Assembly: GCA_026770705.1 (NCBI GenBank)
Contig: JANJGN010000152.1
Coordinates: 434,001-498,000 of the forward strand
Length of the DNA: 64,000 bases
Source: Isurus oxyrinchus
Taxonomy: Eukaryota
Direction of reading: 5' to 3'
Positions 54,170 through 64,000 of the stretch are shown piece after piece. The notes beneath the pieces were generated by a model. The model ran no database searches and had not been told where the DNA came from. It saw only the letters and a program-made list of their open reading frames with translations. Each line of letters starts with the position of its first letter. The stretch's first letter is position 1. The translations under genes were made by a program, and so were the position numbers.

Positions 54170-57099
54170 CTGGAGGATAAAAAAATGAACACAGCCAATA
54201 TTTGTCCAGGAGAATTTGTCAATCGCGTGAATAGCTCTGCTTTTTGCAGTAATTTTATTTGCTGGAAGCCTATTAGAACCTTGTTCACTGTTATGAAAAT
54301 ATGACCAAATGGGGAATTAGGTGATGTTTTATTTTACATTGCGAGTTCTTCCGATCAGGACTGGACTGTCTGAATTGGTGTTGGGGATAGATTCAATAGT
54401 AACTTTCAAACGGGTAATGGGTCTGTGCTAGAAATGTAAATACAAATATAGAGCAAGGAGAAAATTCATGGGCAGTGGGAACAATTGTATTACACTTTTA
54501 AAGGGTCAGCGCCTACACGATGGGCCGAATGTCATCCTTCCGTGCTGGATAATTCTATGAATTATATTACATTCCGGTTTCTACTTTCCTTGGTGAGACA
54601 CATAGCCGGGGGAGCATTTTATGATCAGTGAGTCAATCAATTTCCAAAAAAAACATGTTTGTTGGAGAGAAACACAGCTGTGTGGCATCACTGCGCACAG
54701 CAAGATCCAACACAAACTGACGGGATTCATCAACACCGATCGGGCCAAACCGAGAGTGAACATCTCTCGTGGTGAACGGTCAATCATTTACTGCGGTTTA
54801 AAACGGCTCGGGAATTTTTATCTGCCATTTGCTCTATTTCTATATATTCTATCAATAGGGTCCACTTTTCTCCAGTTCAGCTTAATTTCGAACACATGCA
54901 ATTAATTTCATTTTATTTCTTTAAGTTCACATTCCCTTTATTTCACGTTAATTTTGTGCTGCTTGTGCTTGTTGCAATCCTGGGAACTTGTCCCAAATTC
55001 TCACAGTTGTCGGTTGGGCTCAGTCTGTTCAGTTTCCGCAGCGATTTTAACTGTTACTCACTGGGAACTGCCTCTTCTGGCTCTCTGACAATTTCAATTC
55101 CTTCCGCCCATTGGTTGATTCTCTCCTGGGTTCACTAGGCGGAGTTCTCTCTCACTTTTACATTATAGAGGAAGAAGAATGCAAAAGAGGAAAGGGCCAT
55201 TCAGCCTTTGTATATAATCAATTCCAGCTTGACCTCACCAGTAACCTAACTGACCATTTCCATCCAGCTCCCTGTGTTGGTCTGTTCCGTTCTCCCTCCT
55301 GAAATTTCAAGTGTTCCAATAAATATATCAATACTATCTGCCCCGACCTCTCCCTGTGGCAGCAAGTTCCACATTCTAACCTGCCTTTGTTTAAATTCAC
55401 TTGTCTTAAATGTTTTATTTGTTCTGTTAGTTACTGTCATATGTTGACAGCTATTGCTTTACACTCAGCCACAAATGAACAATTTCTCCACCATAAAACA
55501 GTTCATGATTCAAAAGATTTCTATGGATTCTCCTCTTGGTTCTGTTTTCCAGAAAAAAGAGACCCAGCCTGTTCAATCTTCGCAAAGAGATGTAGATTGT
55601 TGCTGATTTCTTTTCTCAGGAGTGTAAAAAATCAAAGCAGAGAATCCAATCAATAGAAACAGGAGCCCCCATATCACCTTTCTAACCTGCTCAGCCATTC
55701 AGGAATATCCTGGCTGATTTACAACCTCAACGTCAGATTCCCGCACTCTCCCCATATCCCTGATCTTTTAGTGTCCATAAACCTATCAAATATTGTCTTC
55801 AAAGCAAACAGATACTGAACATCCACAGCCCTCTGAGTTACAGAATACCACAGATTCACAACAATGGTTCTAGTGAAGATGCTTTTTTCCTTCTCAGTTC
55901 TAATGGATGACTCTTTACTCTGAAGCTGTGACCCCGAGTTCTATACTCCTCAGTCTGGGGAGACACCGACCCAGAATCTCCCCTGTCAAAACCCTTCAGT
56001 ATATTGTATGTTTTCATGAGATCACCTCTCATTCTTCTAACTCTAGGAAATATAGACAGAGACGACTAAATCTCTTCCCATTGGACAATCCCTTCATCTC
56101 AGGAATCAGTCTGATGAAACATTGTTACGCTCCTTCCAATGCAGATTGATCTCTCTTCTGTAAGGAGAACAAAACTTTACACAGCATTCCGGACTGGAGT
56201 CCATTTCAGTCCTTCCCTCCATAAACCTCATCCAACAGCTTGGGGTCGGATTGTACTTTAAAAGGCACCCAGAAATCATTCAATCCTTCCCTCCCGTTCG
56301 ATTCCTTATTTCTTGCTGGTTCTCAATGAACATTCCCACAGTTTCCTTCTGTCCCTACTCTCCTTTATAAGATTAATGCATTACCCTGACTCGCTCACTG
56401 CACTGTGCTGTTTCAATTCACAGTAATCAGGGATACAGATAAATTATAGCAATCCCATCTCTCAAACATCTACATTCAATATAGAGAAGTGTCTGCAGAT
56501 CCAAACTTTCACATTTCAGTCTGAGGGCGGAAAAGCAGGAAAGTGATTCGTTTTATGAAGACAATTGAAAGAAATGGCAGGCAGAATGTTACTAATTTCA
56601 GTCATTGATTGTCCAAAAATAAAATTCCACCTGGACCCACATCAGGGTCTAATTTCTGAAGTCCGTGGTGTCACTCTCCCGTTTTTCTCCCGGGTCAGGT
56701 ACTGAACGAGCCGCTGCAGGTATCCGAACTGGCCGAAGTTGTGTTGAGTTTATTCACCCGGTGCCTCATTCACATTGCGCGGCTTGGACTGCAATCTGCT
56801 ACCCAGGAGACAGCTCTGTGACCCCGCTCCCGAGCTCTAAGGGACAGACAGAGTTCCCTCGGTCACAGTTAACACCGGGTGTGGAGTCCGGATTGTCAAC
56901 AATCTGCGCTCATTAAAAGCAATTCAGCGTGTGAGGGTCCATGATGTTGATATTGTCCCCGATGTGCCCGTTAAACTAATAATGGCCCAGAATCCACCAA
57001 CTCCCACATCCCACCCAAACTCCACTGATATCAATAATAAACTGTCTGTGAACATTACCAGGGACAGTCTGTAACCCGGCGGGGTTTGGAGTCACTTAC

Positions 57100-57152
57100 C
57101 GGCTGTGACAGTCACCAACATCCCGGATCCATCCACATATTTAATACATCAC
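57100..57152 (-). other. NAR-TCR J gene segment
   Basis: G TGA TGT ATT AAA TAT GTG GAT GGA TCC GGG ATG TTG GTG ACT GTC ACA GCC G|GTAAGT = *CIKYVDGSGMLVTVTA. It has a GxG motif and a phase-1 donor matching the supporting V acceptor. Confidence 0.9.
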
Positions 57153-57191
57153 CACAGTGACACCGCTCTCAGTCTCCCCGGTACAACAACC
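57153..57191 (+). other. J recombination signal sequence (23-bp spacer)
   Basis: CACAGTG at 57153-57159, 23 bp, then ACAACAACC at 57183-57191. Confidence 0.9.
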
Positions 57192-57506
57192 GCCGACACC
57201 TCACCGTGCCGGGAAATCATCATCAGACAGTAGAAACTTCCCAATTATTCAGCGGATTTAAATAAATAAACAATATTCAACGTTCCAAAGTCTCTGTTGG
57301 GTCAAACTGTTCTTTGTGAGGCCCTGAGCTCTGAGTATATGGTGCCCGGAACGAGATGTTCGCTTCATGTAAACCGACAAAAATAACAAAGAAAGATAAC
57401 TGAATGGTGGAAATTAAAATCAAATGTAACCAGATTCCATTGATAATAACATTAACCCGACAATTCACTATCCGAGCCCGGAGAATTTATATTTAAATCA
57501 TACAGA

Positions 57507-57579
57507 GGTATTTGCTCAGGTTTCTCCTATTGTGACTCCTCCACCCATCCATACAGTGTTACAAGTCAGTATAAAATCC
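57507..57579 (-). other. D gene segment (17 nt, TGGATGGGTGGAGGAGT, 57551-57535) flanked by two 12-bp-spacer RSSs
   Basis: J-facing RSS: CACAATA (57534-57528), 12 bp, GCAAATACC (57515-57507). V-facing RSS: TACAGTG (57552-57558), 12 bp, ATAAAATCC (57571-57579). G-rich and open in all three frames. Confidence 0.82.
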
Positions 57580-57919
57580 CCCGGGTACTTGGGGAGATTT
57601 GGGGACATTAGTTAAACAGCGGGGACTGCGGTTCCCGGTTCCAGCTGTTAGACCAGGATCACATCTGGTGTTCGAGGTTTGTAACTGGGATCAGTCTTTC
57701 CCAATCCTCACTCACTGACACCAATCCCGGGAAAAACATCACCATCCGCACACACTCGGCATTTATAAAACTCAAGATGTTAACAGCAATAATCCAATCT
57801 CATTATAAACTAGACTGTGGGGCAGACGGTCCTGTGGGGGAACTGAAGCGGAACTGTGGGGGTTTAATTGCAGACTTCACTCCACTTTTCCATTTGTTTC
57901 TGTGACAATCTGCAGTGAG

Positions 57920-57957
57920 AGTTTTTGTATCGCGGGAAGCCGAGGCCCATCACTGTG
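57920..57957 (-). other. V recombination signal sequence (22-bp spacer, 23-class)
   Basis: CACAGTG at 57957-57951, 22 bp, then ACAAAAACT at 57928-57920. Confidence 0.92.
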
Positions 57958-58231
57958 TATCAATAGTATTGAGCTTTACAGTAATAGGTGGCGGTGTCTT
58001 CAACTCTCACATCCCGAATTTCCAGAGAAAATGTCTTTTGTACTTTATTCACCGACGCCACAAATCTCCCCGCGCGGGGATCGGCTCCCACAATGTCCCG
58101 GGTTTGTCTGAAGAAATGCCCATTTTTAAAATAATAATAATTATCATTGAAAACACAGGTGATGGTGAGAGACTGACACTCCTTCCTGGTCACCGCTGCC
58201 GGGGTCTGTACCACTGACTGACTGAAAGAGC
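57958..58231 (-). other. NAR-TCR (IgNAR-like) V gene segment
   Basis: (R)SFSQSVVQTPAAVTRKECQSLTITCVFNDNYYYFKNGHFFRQTRDIVGADPRAGRFVASVNKVQKTFSLEIRDVRVEDTATYYCKAQYY*. A short V lacking the CDR2 region as in IgNAR, with an extra FR1 Cys (KECQS) and DTATYYC. Acceptor AG at 58233-58232. Confidence 0.9.
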
Positions 58232-58353
58232 CTGGAAATTAAACAGAGAGAATTTAATGGAGCATCAGAGCCGAACCACAGAACTGGTTTAAAACCCCGG
58301 ACAGTGTCTGTATTTGAGATGGATACGGACAGCTTTGTTTGATCTGCACTCAC

Positions 58354-58396
58354 GGGGTAAACAGACACACAGAGTGAAAAGAAGGAGGATTCCCAT
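58354..58396 (-). CDS. Leader (signal peptide) exon of the NAR-TCR V
   Basis: MGILLLFTLCVCLP+C|GTGAGT, followed by a 122-bp phase-1 intron that joins the V exon in frame. Confidence 0.9.
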
Positions 58397-58413
58397 CTGC
58401 CTGGAGCTGAGGG

Positions 58414-58515
58414 TTTATATGACGGGGAGCTGGAGACTGCAGCCTTGGACCGCACTGGGAGACCGGATCTCAGAGCTGGACTGAAATACTTTAGGGGGAT
58501 CGAGTTAATTTGCAC
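58414..58515 (-). promoter_or_regulatory. Putative V-gene promoter (TATA, CRE half-site, octamer-like)
   Basis: On the minus strand: ATATAAA at 58420-58414, abutting CGTCA at 58424-58420, and GTGCAAAT at 58515-58508 (one mismatch to ATGCAAAT). Confidence 0.45.
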
Positions 58516-59271
58516 AGGGTAGTTTCGCTGAGACTATTGATGGGCCGCATGGTTCCCGGATAGCTGGCTAAGTGTTGTGGAAATAAGCGACAGCTTTATA
58601 AAAGGAAACTGCAACTTTCTGACCTTTCGTTTGGATAGTGATCCGGATGTGAAAGCCCCTCCCACAATACTCTGGTGTACAGGGGTGGAGAAGGGGAGCT
58701 TTTCTTTCTGCCAGTTCTGTTGCCGCCTTCCTTTCCCCACAGTAATGAATTGGGAGGTGGGTGCATGTCTTTGTATTGGGTGGTGTTTGTTAAAGGTGGA
58801 ATGTGGGCCCAGGACACCGAGAGAAACCCCACGACCCACTCTTACTCCAACATTCCGGAGATTCTCCCTGTCATTTAGCCAAATGCATCCTGCACCAGCC
58901 CTGCGATGGGTTACATGTAAAATGGCGTTTAATTTCAGCCACGTTTGACTTCCAGATTGGGAAAATTCAGAATTTCTGTTAGCAGTAAGTGAGATGGAAA
59001 CGGCACTCGGGAGGACAACAGACCTTGGGGGGCTGTGCTCTTGGGGTTCTCTTTAAAGATGACAGTCACAACATTCTGTTCTGAAAACTGTTTCTGGTGT
59101 ATGATTATCTCTCAACCAGCAACAGCAATACTCAATCAAATAAACCCCGTGACAAGGCCGAGGTCAGAGGCTTCACGAAGCTGACACCGGAGTTCGGGAA
59201 AAAGCTGCTAAACGTTGCAGGCAGGTACGGAAATGCCATTAAAAGGCGAAACGGAAATTAAGAACTGCAGC

Positions 59272-59470
59272 ACGTCACACAAACATGGCCGACAGGACGT
59301 CACAAAAACATGATCAACAGTAAGTCACACAAACATGGCCGACAGCTTTGTCACACCAACATGGCCGACAGTACAACACAAGCATGGCCGACAGTACGTC
59401 ACACCAACATGGCCGACAGTACGTCACGCAAACATGGCCGATAGTACGTCACACAAACATGGCCGATGAC
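59272..59470. repeat. Minisatellite, 8 copies of about 25 bp (acgtcacacaaacatggccgacagt)
   Basis: Directly visible tandem copies. Confidence 0.9.
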
Positions 59471-59599
59471 TTGAGATGCAATGTGTAAAGTTACAATTTT
59501 TCTGCACGTCCGGCCAACTCCTGTCAGCTTTCTCAACGTGATAAAAATGCTGCTTTGAGAATAATAATTAGTGTAAATCACTGTTAAGGATAACATATA

Positions 59600-60500
59600 A
59601 ATGTGTCGTGCAAATAAACTTAGTTAATATAAACAGGGATTTGGTCAAGAATCGTAGTAACAAAGGCACGGCCTGGTGTAACATAAATAGAGGCAGGTTC
59701 TATTTCAGTATTAACTGAAGCAAGGCATGGAGTAAGGCAACTAGAAATTGGGTCTTGTGTAATGTAAACAGGAGTTGGGTTTCGAGCGGGAATAACAAAG
59801 ATAAGGCCTACCGAAATATAAGCAGGATCAAGGGTAATGAGATAATAGTTCAGACAGGTCTCCAGCTAACATGAACAAAGACATGGTCTAATGTAATCTA
59901 CAGAGGGGCAAAGGCTATTTAAGTATAATGTGAGTACTGTCGTAGTGCAATATCAGCAGGGACGTGGCCTAGTGCAATGTAAATTCAATCATGTCCTAGT
60001 GCAGTAGAGCACAGACAATGGCCAGTGTAATATAAACTGAGACAGAATCTAATTCAATAGTAAATCAGGCAGGGCCTAGCGTCATACAAGCAGAGACATG
60101 TCAAATGCCGCAATAAACGAGACTGTGTCTCATGTACCTTAAACAGAGACACAGGTTATTGTAATATAAAGATGTCACATTGTCTGGTGTAACACTGAGA
60201 CAGGATGTTGCTGAACACTAACGGAGATTATCTATTGCAATAATAACTGAGATGCGACCTAGGGAAACATAGAAGGATATGCAACAACCTGTTGCAAATA
60301 ACTGGAAAAAGGGACGAATGCAACATAAAGTGAGGTGTGGTCTAGTGTAATTCGACTCAGGCAGTGTCTGGTGTAATATAAACGCAAGCATTAAGATGTT
60401 GTAGTCAGTAATAACAAAAATTGCGCCTGGTGGAACATAAATGGAGGCAATCTAATGCAGTAATAGATAAGACATGATTTACTGTGACTGTCCAGTGCAC
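59600..60500. repeat. Old degenerate tandem repeat, unit about 27 bp (ggcctagtgtaatataaacagagacat-like)
   Basis: Recurrent ctagtg/ctggtg-taa-ataaac-gag motifs at a regular spacing. Confidence 0.55.
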
Positions 60501-60569
60501 TAATAAATGAGTATTGCTTAATTCTCGAATACTGGTTTAGAACCAGGCACTGAACTCATGCCACTTATC

Positions 60570-61780
60570 TTCTCACCTATTTTGTGTCATCTGCAAATTT
60601 GATGATTGTATATTCACTTCCCTCATCTAAGTCATTAATATATGTTATAAATAATTGAGGCTCCACACTGATCACTGTGGCGCCCCACGAGTTACAGATT
60701 GCCATGCTGAAAATGCGCCCCCCCCCCCTCCCTTAACCCATCTCTCTCTGTCTTCTATTAGTTAGCCAATCCTTTATCCATGCTGATATACTACCCCCAA
60801 CACCGTGGGGTCTTATCTTATTAAGTAGCCGTGTGTGAAGTACCTTGCCGAACGCATTTTGGAAATCAAAATACATTACATCTACTGGCTATCCCCTTTC
60901 AATCTTACTTGTTACCTCACCAAAAAATTATAATTAATTTGTAAGACATGATTTCTCCTTCTTGAAGCCATGCTGACTCTGCTTCATTAGACTATGTATT
61001 TCTAAAGGCTCTGCTATTGCATCATTTATAATAGACTCCAATATTTTCCCAAGGACAGATGCTAAGCTAACTGGCCTGTTTTTCTACAAACCCCAATTCC
61101 TCTGTCAGGGCAGAAATGCAAACACCGTCCCACTCCACTGCTGATCCAACCAACGTCAAACGAGAAACAGCAGCAAGCACCTTTCCAAAGCACAGGAAAG
61201 ACAAAAAAGGCCAGAGGAATAGAAACATACAAAACTATGTGGGGAGCTGGCCTTGCGCACCGTTGCCTCATGTAAATCTGTCTTCTACCTCTTAGCTTAA
61301 ATCTCTGTCCCCTGGTTATTGACTCCTCTACTAATGGAAAAATTGCCTTCCTATCCACCCTAGCTGTGCCACTCATAATCATATACACATCTATCAGGTC
61401 CCTTTTCAACCTTCGTTGCTCCAAGGAAAACAACCTGTGATGACACTTTTGGCCCTCTATCACTACCCGCCTGTTTGGGGGCCTACAGTACACACCAAAA
61501 CTCGTGTTTGCTCTTTTAGCGTTTCTTGCTTCTACCTACACGGCTTCGTTTGATGACCCTTCTAAAATATCATCACTCCCCAAGATTCCTTGATCAATAT
61601 TGCAACCCCCCAATCCAACTCTTCTAGCCCTCTCTCCACTTCGTCCGAATACCCTATAACCAGGAAGCTGCCAATCCTAGCCATCCTTTAGCCAAGCCTT
61701 GGTCATAGCTATAATATCATGCCCTTCGTGCCTATCTGTGTCCTCAGCTCGTCAGTCTTATTCCTCACGCCCCTTACAAT
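60570..61780 (-). mobile_element. CR1-type LINE fragments
   Basis: Minus-strand RT core (SQHGF..., FADD at about 60585-60600) plus C-terminal and endonuclease pieces (LEQRRLKRDLID, YCRPP). Confidence 0.75.
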
Positions 61781-61899
61781 AATTATATTCAATTTGTGTT
61801 CCATTTGTAAATGTTTAAAATGGAACATTTGAATGGAACATTTAAAATAGAACATTTTAACAAGAACACCCAGAAACTGATTCCTGCTCAACGATGAGT

Positions 61900-64000
61900 A
61901 TAAGGGGCATCAAATGTTAGTGGGGGTTGTATAAAGATCCGAAACTGTGGTGGTGATGTTGGGACTGGAATTAAACAGGAAATTAGAGACGTATCCAATA
62001 AAGAAACATCTGTAATTATGGGTGATTTAATCTGCATATAGATTGGGCAAATCAAATACCGTAGAAGAAGAATTCTTGGAGTGTATACAGGATGGCTTTC
62101 TGGACCAATGCATTGAGAAACGAACTAGAGAACAGGCTATTCTTGACTGGGTATTGTGTAATGAGAAAGGAATAATTGGCAATCTAGATGTGCTAGGCCC
62201 CTTGGCGATGAGCGGCCATAATATGATAGAATTCTTCATCAATATGGAGAGTGACGTAGTTGATTCTGAGACTGGGGCCCTGAACCTTAATACAGGAAAC
62301 TACGATGGTGTGAGGCGTGCGTTGGCTATGATGGATTGGGAAACGTTACTTAAAGGGATGACGGTGGTTAAGCAATGGCAAACATTCAAAGAGCGCATGG
62401 GTGAACTGAAACAATTGTTATTCCTGCCAGGTGCAAAAGTGAAACAACAAACGTGGCCAAACCATGGCTTATGAGAGAAATTAGAGATAGTATTAGATGC
62501 AAGGAAGAGGCATACAAATTGGCCAGGAAAAGAATAAAGCAGACCTGTGCATTGGAAGCAGATTAGAATCCAACAAAGGAGGACCAAGGTATTGATTAAG
62601 AAGGAGAAAATAGAGTACCAGAATAAGCTTGCAGGGAACGTAAAACCTGACTGTAAAAGTTTCTATACGTATGTGAAGAGAAAAAGGTTGGTGAAGACAA
62701 ATGTAGGTCCCTTACAGTCAGAAACAGGAGAATTTAAAATGGGGAGCAAAGAAATGGCTGACCAAGTAAGTACATACTTTGGTTCAGTCTTCACAAAGAG
62801 GACACAAATAACATACTAGAAATGTTGGGAAACACAGGGTTTAGAGAGATGGAGGAACTGAAAGAAATCTGTATTAGTAGGGAAATGGTATTGGGGAAAT
62901 TGATGGGATTGAAGGCCGATAAATCCCCAGGGCCTGATAATCTACATCCCAGAGCACTTAAGTAAATGACCCTAGAAATAGTGTATGCATTGGTGGTCAT
63001 CATCCTAGATCCTATACACTCTGGTACAGTTCCTGCAGATTGGAGAGGAGCTAATGTAACCCCACTATTTAAAAAGAGTGGTACAGAGAAAACAGGGAAT
63101 AAAAGGCCAGTCAGCCTGACGTCGCTAGTGGGGAAAATTCTAGAGCCCATTATAAAAGATTTAATAGCTGAGCACTTGGAAAACATTGGCAGAATCGGAC
63201 AGTCAGCACACATTTACGTCAAATCTATTGGAATTCTTCGAGGATGTCACTAGTGGAGTGGATGCATTTTAGTTGGACTTTCAGAAGACTATCGACAAAG
63301 TCCCACAGAAGAGATTAGCATGTAAAATTAAAGCGTATGAGATTGGGGATAGTTTGTTGAGATGGATAGAAAACTGGTTGGCAGACATGAAACAAAGAGG
63401 AGGAATACACGGGACATTTTCCGAATGGCAGGCAGTGACAAGTCGGGTACCTTAGGGATCGGTGCTGCGTCCCCAGCTATTAACAATAGATATTAATGAT
63501 TTAAATTAGGGAACTAAATGTAATACCTCTAAATTTGCAGATGACACAAAGCTGGGTGGGAGGGTGAGTTGTGAGGAGGATGCAGAGAAGCTTCAGTGTG
63601 ATTTGGACAGGCTGAGTGAGTGGGAAAATGCATGGCAGGTGAAGCATAATGTGGATAAATTTGAGGTTATCCATTTGGATGCAAAAACAGGAAGGCAGAT
63701 TATTATCTGAATGGCTATAAATTGAGAGAGGGGAATGTGCAACGAGACCTGGGTGTCGTCGTACACCAATCGCAGAAGGTAAGCATGCAGATGCAGCAGG
63801 CGCAAAAGAAGGCAAATGGTACGTTGACCTTCATAGCAGAGGATTCCAGTACAGGAGCAGGATGTCTTGCTGCAATTGTACAGGGCCTTGGTGAGGCCAC
63901 AACTAGAATATTATGGCCAGGTTTAGGCTCCTTATATGAGGAAGGATGTTCTTGCTATAGAGGGGGTGCAGCGAACATTTATCAGACTGATTCCTGGGCT
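61900..64000 (+). mobile_element. CR1-type LINE ORF2, degraded, running off the window
   Basis: REQAILDWVL, CKSFYTYVKRK, WRGANVTPLFKK..RPVSLTS, DFQK..DKVP, FADD at about 63534. Confidence 0.9.

Noticed and set aside
56401-56407. CACTGTG heptamer in the intron between J and the supporting V
   Set aside because: No nonamer at 12 or 23 bp.
57580-57919. Additional D segments between D and V, as in IgNAR clusters
   Set aside because: Only partial heptamers (gactgtg, aactgtg) without paired nonamers.

Overview
Eukaryotic, repeat-rich DNA, almost certainly from a cartilaginous fish (shark). There are three zones. (1) About 1-37 kb: a tandem cluster of KRAB-less C2H2 zinc-finger genes on the minus strand, most of them disrupted, with paralogous CpG-rich promoters, buried in CR1/L2/RTE LINE, SINE and Penelope debris. 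(2) About 39-51 kb: an intact two-exon GPR139/GPR142-like class A GPCR whose 10.8-kb intron holds a full-length but decayed Tx1-clade retrotransposon with a recognisable target-site duplication. (3) About 53.4-58.4 kb: a complete germline NAR-TCR-type antigen-receptor cassette on the minus strand. It runs leader, IgNAR-like V (22-bp-spacer RSS), one D (12/12 RSS), J (23-RSS), then a leaderless supporting TCR-delta V (23-RSS). The ORF track shows only the NAR V. The most unusual element is behind the supporting V: its RSS has been amplified into a head-to-tail array of seven complete heptamer-23 bp-nonamer signals with a 62-bp period. The cassette also carries several lesions, and no D-delta, J-delta or C-delta lies downstream within the window. 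Gene-segment, RSS and splice coordinates were read by hand; repeat boundaries are approximate.
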